Source: Reclinomonas americana ATCC 50394 (Eukaryota). Taken from it: DNA of 64,000 nucleotides. The notes under the pieces are model-generated. The model saw only the letters and a program-made list of their open reading frames with translations, searched no databases and had not been told where the DNA came from. A program made the position numbers and the translations under genes. This document shows, piece by piece, positions 1 through 12,949 of the stretch (its first letter is position 1; each line of letters starts with the position of its first letter). Location of the stretch: positions 1 to 64,000 of the forward strand of contig PS015081.1 of NCBI GenBank assembly GCA_048213135.1. Reading direction: 5' to 3'.

Positions 1-2
1 TG

Positions 3-70
<68 letters not shown>
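1..70. repeat. (GT)n microsatellite; (CT)n, (CA)n and (CACT)n tracts recur in long introns and flank many assembly gaps
   Basis: Direct reading, e.g. 5-69, 567-604, 1681-1774, 10905-10945. Confidence 0.95.
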
Positions 71-105
71 ACGGCTGACAGGGGTGCGTTCTTCAGTGAT
101 AATCG

Positions 106-562
106 ATGATGGACGACCGCTCTCATCGCACTGTGTATGTCGGCAATGTGGCGTCGTGGATCACTGAGGAGAGCCTGGTCGCCTTCTTTGCGTCGTGTGG
201 TGCGGTGACCAATGTCAAGATGGGAGGGTGAGTAAGGGAGAGAAGGAGTGTGTCAATCAATCTCTCTGTGCATTGTGTCTTTGCTTGCATATGTGCACTC
301 TGCAGCTTTCTCTCTCTCTCTCTCTCACGCACACGCACAAGCACACACATACACACACGCACACGCATGCGTGCTGTCATTCGATCAATCTCTCTTACTT
401 TCAGTTGCTCTGTCTCTCTGCATCCACCTTCTCTGCATCCACCTTCTCTGCATGTGTGCTTTCTCTGCACTTGTTGCCTTGTCTCTCGTCCATCACATTC
501 TCTCATACTTGAGAGTTGCAGTCGTTGTCTGTGCATTCCTTGTTCCTCATTCAGCACACGCT

Positions 563-604
<42 letters not shown>

Positions 605-1677
605 NNNNNNNNNNNNNNNNNNNNNNNNNNNNNNNNNNNNNNNNNNNNNNNNNNNNNNNNNNNNNNNNNNNNNNNNNNNNNNNNNNNNNNNNNNNNNNNN
701 NNNNNNNNNNNNNNNNNNNNNNNNNNNNNNNNNNNNNNNNNNNNNNNNNNNNNNNNNNNNNNNNNNNNNNNNNNNNNNNNNNNNNNNNNNNNNNNNNNNN
801 NNNNNNNNNNNNNNNNNNNNNNNNNNNNNNNNNNNNNNNNNNNNNNNNNNNNNNNNNNNNNNNNNNNNNNNNNNNNNNNNNNNNNNNNNNNNNNNNNNNN
901 NNNNNNNNNNNNNNNNNNNNNNNNNNNNNNNNNNNNNNNNNNNNNNNNNNNNNNNNNNNNNNNNNNNNNNNNNNNNNNNNNNNNNNNNNNNNNNNNNNNN
1001 NNNNNNNNNNNNNNNNNNNNNNNNNNNNNNNNNNNNNNNNNNNNNNNNNNNNNNNNNNNNNNNNNNNNNNNNNNNNNNNNNNNNNNNNNNNNNNNNNNNN
1101 NNNNNNNNNNNNNNCTCTCTCTCTCTCTCTCCAGGCCCATGCACTGCAGTCATCTCCCTTCCCATTCCCATTCTTCACACATATGCTGCAGTCTTTCTTA
1201 TTCTCTCTGACCTCCTCTCCAAGCAACTCTCTCTCTCTGTGCTTCTACGTGCCTCTCCCTCTCTCTTTGAACCCTTGCAATGCATTCACCCTCCGCTCTT
1301 ATTCTCATGTCTCTCTCCCATCACATTATCTATGCATCCCTGTCTTCATTCCCTCTCATCTCACCCTCCACCCCCTCCCTCCCTCTCCAGCGACGCCGCC
1401 CACCCCTCCCGCTTCGGCTTTGTCGAGTTCTCCGACCCATCCTGCGCGGTCCTTGCCCAGCAGCTCGACGGCGTGACGCTGGGCGGGAAGCGACTGAAGG
1501 TGCAGGCGAGCAAGAGCGCCATTGCCCCGGTCGCAGTTGCGTCTCCTCAGATCCCTGCGCGCATCGTTTACTCGAATCCTTGAGCTGTGCAACCCTCCTT
1601 CCTGTCGCATTCCACTCTCCGTCTCTCATTCTGTCGATCATTTTGTTCTCTCATAGCCACTCACAACATCTCTCTCG

Positions 1678-1718
<41 letters not shown>

Positions 1719-1738
1719 NNNNNNNNNNNNNNNNNNNN

Positions 1739-1778
<40 letters not shown>

Positions 1779-1956
1779 CGAGACAATCACGCAGACGGAG
1801 AGACAAACAATAGACGAAGAGACAGTCTACAGCAAAGACACACAGACACTCGATCAGTGAGAGTGTGAGAGAGAGTGATACACACGCACTGAGAGACAGA
1901 CAGGCCATCGCTGCCTTCTTGATTGTTTGTATGTGCCTCTCTCTCACTCTCTCCCT

Positions 1957-1990
<34 letters not shown>

Positions 1991-4534
1991 TCTCTCTCTC
2001 TCTGACTGCCGGTGTGCCTGTATGCCTGCCTCTCTGTCTGTTCTCGGTCTGCCTCTTAATCTGTCACTCCCTCGGTTCGTTCATCAGCCTGCCATCCTGC
2101 CTGTCAACTGCGACCAATAGAAGTGCTATGCCAGTAAGTGCCGATCTTGACTCCCGTTTCGCAATGCAGATGGCACCACCGCCCATGTACGGCATGCCCA
2201 GACCGCAACAACCGCCATCGCATCGCGACGCGTCCCGTGCTGCCGCCGAAGCAGTCCTCATTCCGCGGACCATTTACGTCTCGCAGATTGATCGACAGGT
2301 CCGGCTGCCTTTCTTCACTTCACGTTTGCACATCACTTCTCACTCTGTCCTCGGCGTTGCAGCTGACCGAGACGCAGCTGAAGGAATTCTTTAGTGTGTG
2401 CGGTGTGGTGACCGAGTGTCGCATGTGTGGCGACATGGATCATCAGACGCGTTTCGCATTTGTCGAGTTTGAGACACCGGAGAAGGCCAAGTCCGCGCTT
2501 CACCTCAACGGTATTCAGCTCGGCACCTCGAAACTCAGGTGAGTTTGGTGACAAATCACTTGTCGCTCTCTCTTTCTCCCAGGTATCCTGTTCTCTTCAT
2601 CATTTCTTCACTCCATGCAGCTTTCTCGTCCCCATTGTGCTCATCTCTCTTCTTTCCCTGCGCATACTCTGTTACTACCAATTCTCTTGCGTTCCTCTCA
2701 CCGTGTTCTTTGTTTGTACTGCAGTTGTGCACATCTCTCTTCTCGTCTAGCCTCTCATCCTCACATGCATCGTGCGACTCTTCTCACCCATTGCTTCCTT
2801 GTGCACATTTTTCGTTCGCTCCTAGGATGAGTTGTGTCCCTCCACTCTCGCGCGTCGTCTCTTTCTCGCTCTCTGTGAATCCCGTCCTCTTTGCTTCCAA
2901 TCTCTCGCTCATCAATATCTCATCCTTCCAGCTCTCATTCGTGCATCTCTTCTCTCCTCTCTCTCTCACACACTCTCTCTCTCTCTTGCCTCTTTCCCTC
3001 CGCTCTCCCCTCCTCCCTGTCCCTCATTTCCCCTTCCACAGCATCGCCCCCTCCAAAAACGCCATCCTCACCTCCGTGTCCTCCCGCCGCGCCATGGAGA
3101 GCCTCCCCGACGAGAAGCGAGCGGCGGTCACACGCACCGTCTACGTCGGCGGTCTCGACTCGGGCATCACCGAGCACGAGCTGGCCGACTTTTTCGTGGC
3201 CAACGCCGGACCCGTCGCCAAGGTTGTCCTGGCCGGCGATCGAGTTGCGTGTGCCCACAGCCTTTCCTCATTATCATTTCCGCTGACCGCACCCCATAGT
3301 ACCACGACACCCGCTTCGGCTTTGTCGAGTTCCAGGACGAGAGAACGGCGGGCGGAGCGTGTCAATTGTCGGGCTCCTCCATTCGCGGTCGACCGATTCG
3401 GTGCGTGTGAACACGGCAGTCTCTCACGTCGCGTCGCAGCATGCACTCACCCTTGATGCCACGCAGTGTGAGCATGTCCAAATCGCCGATTCTCGTCGAC
3501 GGCTCCCAACGCGGCGTCGGTCAAGTGTACTACCCGGAAGGCGCGCCCGCTTACGGTGCTGCGCCGCCACACAATCCCTACGGGTACGCGACACCGCCCA
3601 GCGGAGCAGAGCTGGCCTCCGCCGCCAGCGCCGTGGCCGCGGCGGTGAATGCCAACNNNNNNNNNNNNNNNNNNNNNNNNNNNNNNNNNNNNNNNNNNNN
3701 NNNNNNNNNNNNNNNNNNNNNNNNNNNNNNNNNNNNNNNNNNNNNNNNNNNNNNNNNNNNNNNNNNNNNNNNNNNNNNNNNNNNNNNNNNNNNNNNNNNN
3801 NNNNNNNNNNNNNNNNNNNNNNNNNNNNNNNNNNNNNNNNNNNNNNNNNNNNNNNNNNNNNNNNNNNNNNNNNNNNNNNNNNNNNNNNNNNNNNNNNNNN
3901 NNNNNNNNNNNNNNNNNNNNNNNNNNNNNNNNNNNNNNNNNNNNNNNNNNNNNNNNNNNNNNNNNNNNNNNNNNNNNNNNNNNNNNNNNNNNNNNNNNNN
4001 NNNNNNNNNNNNNNNNNNNNNNNNNNNNNNNNNNNNNNNNNNNNNNNNNNNNNNNNNNNNNNNNNNNNNNNNNNNNNNNNNNNNNNNNNNNNNNNNNNNN
4101 NNNNNNNNNNNNNNNNNNNNNNNNNNNNNNNNNNNNNNNNNNNNNNNNNNNNNNNNNNNNNNNNNNNNNNNNNNNNNNNNNNNNNNNNNNNNNNNNNNNN
4201 NNNNNNNNNNNNNNNNNNNNNNNNNNNNNNNNNNNNNNNNNNNNNNNNNNNNNNNNNNNNNNNNNNNNNNNNNNNNNNNNNNNNNNNNNNNNNNNNNNNN
4301 NNNNNNNNNNNNNNNNNNNNNNNNNNNNNNNNNNNNATGGCGGCGGCGGCGGCGGCGTCCGGCAGCAGCTCCTCCTCGGCAGCAGTGCCCCCGCCGGAAT
4401 CCTCTGCGGCGGCGCCCGGTGTCGATGACGATGAGGATGGAGCGGTGGGAGAAACGTCGGGCAGCAAGCGGCGGCGACACGAGGAAGACGATGAGGAGGA
4501 GGAGCCGCCATTGAAGAGGCCGACACTCGAGTGA
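106..4534 (+). CDS. Triple-RRM RNA-binding protein (CID8-13/SREK1-like RRMs), multi-exon, interrupted by gaps
   Basis: Spliced exons give three RRMs with RNP2/RNP1 motifs: RTVYVGNV...RFGFVEF, RTIYVSQI...RFAFVEF, RTVYVGGL...RFGFVEF. A predicted 15-nt microexon (PAILP) lies near 2088-2102. The acidic/basic tail KRRRH...PPLKRPTLE ends at TGA 4532-4534. Confidence 0.85.
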
Positions 4535-5709
4535 GGTGTGTGTGTGTGTGAAGTCTGCTCTCTTGTCTCTATCTCGCAGCTTGTTTGTTCTCTCTTCTCT
4601 CTCATACAGACTTTCTCAGTTTCGCTCTCAGTGCGCTTTGTCTTTCTCTTCTTATTCTCAAGATTGCCGTGGAGAAACTCTATTGCTTCTTTTTCTTCTT
4701 CTCTCTCTCACACACATACACTCTCTCTGTCTCTCTCACTCTCTCTTAGTCTGCCCGCTACTTACCTCGCTCTCTCACTCTATCTCTTTTCCTTTCTTTC
4801 TCTGGTTTTCTCATCTCCCATCTCTCTCTTGCTCTCACTGTATGCTCTCTCCATTTGTTCCTCATTCTTCCTTCGTCTTTTTCTTCTCCGCCTTCTTCTT
4901 CTTCTCTCTCTCACTTGCTCTCACTCATGTTCTCTCCATTTGTTTCCGCACTCTTTCTTCGTCTTTTTCTTCTCCTCTCTCTCTCTCTCACTTGCTCTCA
5001 CTGTATGTTCTCACAAGTTGTCTCATCACTATTTCTTCGACTTATTTTCTTCTTCGGCTTCTTCTTTCTCTCTCGCACGCACGCTCTCCCTCCTGTCTCG
5101 CATTATGTCCCTGGCAAACTCTCTATGTCTTTCTCTCTCGTCACTCCCACTCAATACTGCTCTCTATATGTTCTCCCCCTTTGTCTTCTCGCTGTCCTTC
5201 TTCTACTACTTCTTCTTCTTCTCAATCTCTCTCTCTCTCTGTTTATCTCTCTTCTCCCTCCCCCCTTTCCGTTCTCCCCCCTTCTCCTTCTCACTTCCCC
5301 CTTCTCCCTCCCAGCAGACCACGGACTGCCCCACCACTGACGGTACGTGTAATCCCCCTCCCCCCACGCGCTTATCTCGTCGAAACAAAACGCACTTGTC
5401 CACTCCCCCCCCCTTCCATATATGTCTCGCTCTGTGTCTGTGCCACGCGACCAGTCCCACCCCACCCAAACAATCTTCCACACGCAACAACTACAACTGA
5501 CGCCACCACACGCAACAACCACCACAACCACTACCACCCATCATCCACCCACCCACCCATCACCCACACCACACGCGTACGTGTATGCATCGTTTGGCGG
5601 TGTGCGTGAGGGACAGTAGAAAAAAACAATCATTTGTATTCAGTGAACAGAAAACCTTGCATGTGCAGCAATCACAGTCTGTTGAAGAAGCGACCTCGCA
5701 CATGCTTTC

Positions 5710-6851
5710 ATGCATCGCATGAACTGTTTGTTGAGTAAGAGAGAATTGTGCATGGTGATCCCTACAGAGTCAGCACCATTTGCATTCAGCGATCATGCCG
5801 AACAGACAACACGAGACTTGTTGCTGGTACTCATTGTTGTGCACGGAACAGGGAAGTTTCTAGCATCATCTCACAGTCGCAGAGAAACCCGGTCTCTTGT
5901 CGCTCATTCTGTTGCAGCCATTCAGTATAGAGTGCCTTGCCTCATTCGCTATCGCAGCGAGATTGGGTACATATTCTTCGACAAAGAGCAGCGTTACTTT
6001 CTTTGCTCAACGCTCTCCTCCCCTTGTCTTCCCACTGGGCCTTTCCTCGAGCTCTTGTCGTCCACTCTTTCCTCTTGTCTTTACTCTAGATCTCTCTTCA
6101 CCTCTTCTGCACCCCTCTCTTCCACCTTCCTCCTGTCTCCCCCATCCCTTCCCCTTCTGTCTCCTCCCCTTTCTCCCCTTTCCTCCTTTTGCTCAACGCT
6201 CTCCCCTTTCGTTACCCCTTGTCTTTCCACTGTGTCTATCCTCGAGCTCTTGTTCTCCTTTCTTTCCTGTCTTTACTTTCTCTTCGCCTCTGCTCCACCG
6301 CCTCTCGTCCTCCTTCCTCCTGTCCCTTCTGTCTTCCCTCTTGCCTTCCCCATTGCAGCCCACTCTCAATTTCTCTCTTTCACCTTGCTCTTTCCCCATG
6401 CTGTCCTCCATTCTTCTTCCCCCTCGCTGCGCGCCTTGCTCTTCTTTCTTGACTTCACGTTCTGTCTCCTTCTGCAGTCTCCCCCTTCTGTCTTCCCACT
6501 GGGCCTTTCCTCGAGCTCTTGTCGTCCTTTCTTTCCTCCTGTCTTTACTTTCTCTTCACCTCTTCTCCACCCCTCTCTTCCACCTTCCTCCGTTCCCCCA
6601 TCTCTTCCCCTTCTGTCTTCTCCCCTTTCTCCCCTTTCCTCCTTTTGCCCAACGCTCTCCCTTTCGTTACCCCTGGACGTCCACCTGTCTTTCCTCTTGT
6701 CTTCCCTCTCTTTGACCACCCCAGCATCCGTCCATCGCCAGTACAAAACGACGAGGGATTGATCGTATCAAGAAACAATCGGGCACGCTCCGAGAAACTG
6801 TTCCATCTCTCACTCCACAACCACCCTGTCAGCAGCTTGCTTCCGACTTGA
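5710..6851 (+). CDS. Possible small spliced orphan gene
   Basis: Two non-repetitive islands (about 5640-5991 and 6742-6851) flank a CT-rich repeat and join in phase (...IGYIFFDKEQ|LQNDEGLIVSRNNRARSEKLFHLSL...*). No recognisable domain; the start is uncertain. Confidence 0.25.
5996..6720. repeat. Degenerate pyrimidine-rich long-unit repeat
   Basis: Recurrent blocks such as ctttgctcaacgctctcc, tcttcccactgggcctttcctcgagctcttgtcgtcc and tgtctttacttt. Confidence 0.7.
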
Positions 6852-7382
6852 CCCTTTTGCATCTTCAACACGACTTCCGTCTCACTCGCTACCTTACTTC
6901 ACTTGTCTCTCTCCCGCTCTTCCCTTCCCCCTCCCCTTCCCTCTCCCCCTCCCCTTCCCTCTCCCCCTCCCCCTTCTCCCTTCTCCCCTCCCCTTCCCCC
7001 CCATCCTATTCCATTAACACATTCATTGTTCTTCTCAAAATTATTTTCCCGTCAAATTCCCCCCATCTCTCCCCCTTTCACCCCCTTNNNNNNNNNNNNN
7101 NNNNNNNNNNNNNNNNNNNNNNNNNNNNNNNNNNNNNNNNNNNNNNNNNNNNNNNNNNNNNNNNNNNNNNNNNNNNNNNNNNNNNNNNNNNNNNNNNNNN
7201 NNNNNNNNNNNNNNNNNNNNNNNNNNNNNNNNNNNNNNNNNNNNNNNNNNNNNNNNNNNNNNNNNNNNNNNNNNNNNNNNNNNNNNNNNNNNNNNNNNNN
7301 NNNNNNNNNNNNNNNNNNNNNNNNNNNNNNNNNNNNNNNNNNNNNNNNNNNNNNNNNNNNNNNNNNNNNNNNNNNNNNNNNN

Positions 7383-10300
7383 TCGTGGGGCTCGCGGAGG
7401 AGGAGGAGCGCGCGCGGCAGCAGGCGGTGGCGGTGCGACGGCGACCGTCGGCTCGTCGACATCCACCGTCTCCAGCCCCAACACTGTGGGGTCGTCGGGG
7501 GAGACTGTCGACGACGACGACGTCGTGGGAGGAGGCATCGGCGCACCACCACCACCACCATTCACACCGCGGCGCAAGTGTTGGAGGATAATCGACGGCT
7601 CGGCGCCCGTGTGCGTCGCCAGGTCGCGGGCGATGCGCTCCACGTCGGCGACCGACAGTGAAATCGCCGCACCTCCTTGGTGATCTTCGGCAGTGGCGAC
7701 AGTGGTAACAGCTGGTGCTGGTGGCGGTGCTGGTGGTGGTGCCGCAGGACGCAAGAATGGGTGCTCCAGCAGGTCACCCGTCAGTGGTCTCCGTGTCGGA
7801 TCGCGTTGCAGGCAACTGTCGACACAGTATGAGTGAGTGATAGCACCATGCAAGCGTCTTCACGAAAGAGCACCCACCGCTCCAGCACGTCCTTGAGATC
7901 GGGATTGTTGCAGTCGGGAATTGTGATTTTCAGGTTGGGATTGGAGAGCATCTGTAGTTTTTGCACAATCGACAAGTGGTGCAGCGGTGGACGACCAAAC
8001 ACCATCTGGTACAGAATGCAGCCCATGGACCAAATGTCGGAGGCTCGGCCGAGCTGTGTGTGCGTCACTCGCGAGTCAGAAAAAACACAACATCTTCAGC
8101 GACAAGGGAAAATCACCGACCTTCATGCACGGGCCCTGACCGCGTCCCTTTGCCGTGTCGACAAAGGCCTCGGGCGACATGTAGTTCAGCGTGCCGACCT
8201 GTGTATCGCGCATAATGTTCGTGGTGTCGCCCTGGATGGCCTTGGCGATGCCAAAGTCGATGAGCTTGACCTTGCCCTTGACGAGCATGAAATTGGCCGG
8301 CTTCAAGTCGCCGTGCACAATGCCACGCTCGTGAATCGACTGCACGGCCTTGAGCATGCCGTGCCAGAATGAACGCAGAATGGTGCCATCGAGGCCGCTC
8401 TCCTGCTCCTCGTGCAAGCGGTGGTTCAGGTCGATTTCACCGCACTCCATCACCTGGCAAAGAAGATGGCGTGTTCAGCACAGTGTAGATAATGGACTGA
8501 TGGTTGCGGTGACTGCAACAAACCATGTACAGCACTTTCTGCTCATAGTTGACCTCCGAGTCAATGAGTTGCACGACAAATTTGAGGCCGTGCAGACTCT
8601 GCAGCAACGCAATCTCGTTGACAAACGAGGCGATCGTATCCTCGTCCAGGCCGTTGAGGGAGACCTTCTTGAGCGCGTAGATTTCGTAGCTGTCGCTCAG
8701 CACCTGGAACACCTTGGAGCTCCCGCCACGTCCAATCATCTTCAGCTTGCGATAGGGGACTCCATTCACAGTGACCATGTTCTCGCCGTCGAATGCTGCC
8801 ACCGATTTGGAGGGTGCCGCTTGTGGTTTGGCGGCCTGCTGCTGCGTGCGGGTGAGAATCACCAAAAAGCATTGCACTGAAGAGGCTATACAAACCTTGT
8901 TGCTGCTCGACGGAGTTGCGCGCGGCTGCTGCTGCGGTTGCGGCGGCGGCTGTGCTGCTGGTGTGGGCACGCTGGCGCGGAAGAGCACCTTCCTCGGCGG
9001 CGACGAAGAAGGTGCGGCCGGCTTGGGCGTCTCCGCCACTGGCCGCACAGGTGCTAGTACGACTGGCGCAGGAGCGACAAACACAGGCGGAGGTGGCGCC
9101 GCTGCTGGCTGTGGCGGCAGTTGTACTGGCTGCGCAGGCTGGACGACCACAGTCGGCGCATCATCCAACGACGACGACGGCAATGACTTCTCCGGCTCTT
9201 TCCCGACTGTGGGCTTGACCGTCGGCACCACCACAGTCGCCTCGTCGTCGTCGCCGTCGACGGGCTCCGCAGTGGCCGCCGGCGTCACGCGCTTGGCCGA
9301 CCCGAGGCTGGCCAGCAGGCCACCGCGCGCCCGCTTCTGTGCCGCCGCCGTCCGGCTGGCAGCGCCAGTGGGTCGCGAGAACACCACGGTCGAGTCGCCT
9401 TCTACCGGTGCCGCAGTTGCTGTAGCAGCGGGTGGCGGTGGTGCAGTGGCTCGTGGTCGCGGTGGTCCCATGGGTGGCGGCTTGGCAAACACTACTGCGG
9501 GAGCCGGTGGAGGTATGACGGCAGTCGGCTCGTCGGCGTCCGCAAACACGGCCACAGCAGCAGCCGGAGGAGTCGGGGTCACCACCTGCTTCGGGGTTCG
9601 TGTCACCACTGTCGGTTCGTCGTCGTCGTCGACATGCGCGGCGGGTGTGGTGACGGTGGTCGTGGTGGTGGTGGCTGCGCCGGAGAGTGATTTTGGTGTT
9701 GTGTTGAAGGAGATGACGGTCGGCTCCTCGCTCATCGAAGCATCCCGAGATGGCGTAGCGAGACCGCCGGCCACCGTGGGCGTGGACATGAGGCCCGGCA
9801 TCGGCGATACCAGCGGTGTCATCTGGAACGGTGCCGGCACGTCGGCGTCTGCCGCCGGAGTCTGTAGATCCTCCGGCAGACCGCAAATGGTGGTGTCGTC
9901 TACGGTGGCGTCAATGGCCGAGGACGACGAGGTGCGCGAAGAGGAGCAGGTGGAGATTGATGTGGCGCTGGGGTCGTCAGCAAGACGTGCCAGCACTTCC
10001 TCGGCCTCCGATTCGGTGAGACCGTGGCCCTTGCGGAACTGCTTGGTCCATTTCTCCAGTCGGCCTGGCAAGGGGGGCATGATGAGACTTTTGGAAATTA
10101 GGTGGGCGAGTGGGAGGGGGGAGAGTGAGGGAGAACCATTGTCACGCTCAAACGAGCCCCACTCGTTGAAAAAATGAGTCGAATGCCGTCCCACGCCCGA
10201 CAGGAACATGGCCTCGAATGAATCGTGACCGGCGTCGTAGCTGTTGTGGTGTAAGAATGGCGAGTGTGGACAGCAAGACAGATGCACAAAAGAGACGCGC

Positions 10301-11585
10301 CTTGAGTGTGCCGTCAGTCGTGCATTCAGAATGCGCGCCGTGATGTAGTCGTCGTGACTGCGCAGTGTGCGATCGGCGTCTTCCAGCTTGCGCAGAGTCT
10401 CCATCGAGTTCTTGAAGAAGATACGCAGATGATGTGCATTCTCGCGCGAGTAGTGGTCGTAGGCGGTCTGCATAGTGGGATGAGCACACAGACACAAAGC
10501 CATTCGCAGACAAGGGCAGGCACTTTCACACTCATTCACTCATTCACTTGCTGGCGTATTCACTTGCTCACTTACGGACTCAATTCGATCGTTTTTTTCT
10601 ATCTCACTCAATTGCTCACCACACGCGGTTCTCTCTCATTGCCTCTATTTCTCTCTTTCTCTGCGCACACTCGCTCGCCCACTTACGTACTCACTGCATG
10701 CACACTTCTTTTCTCTCTCTCTCACTGCACTTACAAATACACGGTGTCTCTCACTCTCATATACAAAGCCACGCCCTCACTCACGTACTCACTGCAATCA
10801 CTTTCTTTTCTATCTCACTCAATTGCTCACCACACGCAGTTCTCTCTCTTTGCCTCTATTTCTCTCTTTCTCTGCGCACACCCACTAACACTCACACTCA
10901 CTGCCTCACTCGCTCACTCACTCACTCACTCACTCACTCACTCGCGTACTCTCCTTTTCTCTCTCACTCAATTGCTCACTCACTCGTGTCATCCCTGCCT
11001 CATTCACTCAACTCACTCACACGTGGTTTTCTTTCTCTCTCTCTCTGACACACACGCTCACGCTCACATGCTCACTTGCTCTCCTTTTCTCTCTCACACT
11101 CACTCGCTCACTCACGTACTCCCTTCATGCACTCCTCTTTTCTCTCTCACTCATTTAGTCACTCACTCACTTCGTCTCCTTATTCATCGCGCTCACGAAG
11201 ACATATTTTTCTCTCGCACGCTCACTCCACGTCCTCACACTCTCACTTGGCATACCCTCACTCTCCTTTTCTCTCTCACTCTTTTACTCACCCGTTCACT
11301 TCGTCTCTCGCTCACTCACTACACTTACTAATTCACGGTTCTCTCTCTTCCTCTCTCACACGCAGCCACACAGACATCCTCACTAGTCACCACTGGCCTT
11401 CTCTTCTTCTCTTTCACTCGCACTCTCTCTCTCTCTTCTCTTCACTCCCGCTTCACACACATACCTGCAACACAGCACGCCACGCCGCAAGGTCGTTGGC
11501 CTCGCGCGCCACTCGATACTGTTCTCGCATGTGCGAGAGGCCGACAAGCTTCAGCAATTCCATGCCACTCGACTTGCGCTTTTGC
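7383..11585 (-). CDS. MPS1: MPS1/TTK-family spindle checkpoint kinase with N-terminal TPR (Mad3/Bub1-like) region; both ends fall in gaps
   Basis: Kinase motifs typical of Mps1: [87 protein letters not shown]. Exons join in phase. A long Pro/Ala/Thr linker precedes the kinase. Confidence 0.92.
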
Positions 11586-12190
11586 TGTGTAACTCACGTC
11601 AGCCATAGGTCACATCCCCCCGCATTGTCAATCACACAGTGTCATTCTCTCGTCTGCACTTGTGCCCTCCCACTCTGTTTCTTCCACAACTTCTTCCCCC
11701 TCTTCTCCACCTCGCATACCCATTCAACCCGTCTGTGCTCCACAACGTCATGCTCTCATCTGCACTCGTGCCCTCTCACTCTCTCGCTGCGTCTATTCCC
11801 CTGCTCTCTGTTGGCACCCCTCCTCCGCCTCCCATCTCCACTCAACCCTGTCCTTGCAGTTCACATGCCAGCGTTACTCTGTTGTTATCCCACGTTGCAC
11901 TCGTGCATTCTCTTCCACGGCTCGCACACATTTCCAGCATGCATTATCTCTATCACACACACGCATTCCTCCGTCTCCTCGACACATGCACCTCTTTCCC
12001 CTTCTCTCTCGCTCCCATCTCTTCGCCTTCCAGACGCCGGAGTGANNNNNNNNNNNNNNNNNNNNNNNNNNNNNNNNNNNNNNNNNNNNNNNNNNNNNNN
12101 NNNNNNNNNNNNNNNNNNNNNNNNNNNNNNNNNNNNNNNNNNNNNNNNNNNNNNNNNNNNNNNNNNNNNNNNNNNNNNNNNNNNNNNNNN

Positions 12191-12340
12191 AGGTCGGAAT
12201 CAATGACGTCGCGTCTCCTTCTTCCCGCGCTCGCTCTGTTGTATAGAAGCCAATGAGTAAGTGTTGACTTTGGAGTTGGTTGTGAGGCGATGAATGTGCG
12301 CCAATCAAGAAATTTCTCCGCGCTTTCAAATTTCGTTGTT
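12191..12340. promoter_or_regulatory. Putative bidirectional promoter with CRE-like, E2F-like, two CCAAT and CHR-like motifs
   Basis: TGACGTC 12204-12210, TTCCCGCG 12222-12229, CCAAT at 12250 and 12301, TTCAAA (TTTGAA on the minus strand) 12325-12330, between divergent MPS1 and the 12469 gene. Confidence 0.45.
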
Positions 12341-12468
12341 GCACTTTGCGTCACAGTGACGAGCTCGGGTGGCTTGCTTTCATCTGTCTGTGTGCTAGAG
12401 GAGAGGAGAAAAAGAGCAGAACAACAGTGTGCAACGTTGTGTACAGAGCAACATCATCATCAATCATC

Positions 12469-12949
12469 ATGGGCTGCAAATCCAGCAAGTCATCCTCTGT
12501 GAAAGAGGGCAACGGCAGTGGGCGACTGGCCACTGGCGGCGACGACGACGCACACAGCGTCGACTCGGCCGGCTACGTGAAGGATGAGTCACGCATGACG
12601 ATTGAGCAGCGACAGCGCAAGCGCATGACCATGGACCAGGCCAAGACAAACAGCACCGCAGTCGCAGGTGCGAATGTGTACCAGCAACCGAGTGGAAGCA
12701 GTGGAGACGACGACGAGGTTGGTGGGGGTGCGAGTGGATCAGGCGACCCCGTGGATCTGACAGAGCAGGAGCGTATGAAGCGCGCTGTGCAGGTTCGTGT
12801 GTGTGGAGTGAGAGTGAGTCAGTGAGCGCGTTGGTGCTCACCATTCGCCTACCTCTCTCTTGCAGCAAAAGCTCGTGGCGTCGGATCGCGCTGCACCAGA
12901 AGAGCTCGACCGCATTCGGGAACGGGAAAGGCGAGAACTCGGCACGTAA
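12469..12949 (+). CDS. Small predicted N-acylated hypothetical protein (MGCKSSK...), 2 exons
   Basis: N-terminus MGCKSSKS fits myristoylation (G2, S6) plus palmitoylation (C3). A GTTCGT...CAG intron gives RAVQ|QKLVASDRAAPEELDRIRERERRELGT*. Confidence 0.65.

Noticed and set aside
123-7853. Long ORFs in the supplied track that run through N gaps or CT/GA microsatellites
   Set aside because: They are artefacts of stop-free gaps and simple repeats (poly-X, SLSL, ERER). The real genes are spliced.
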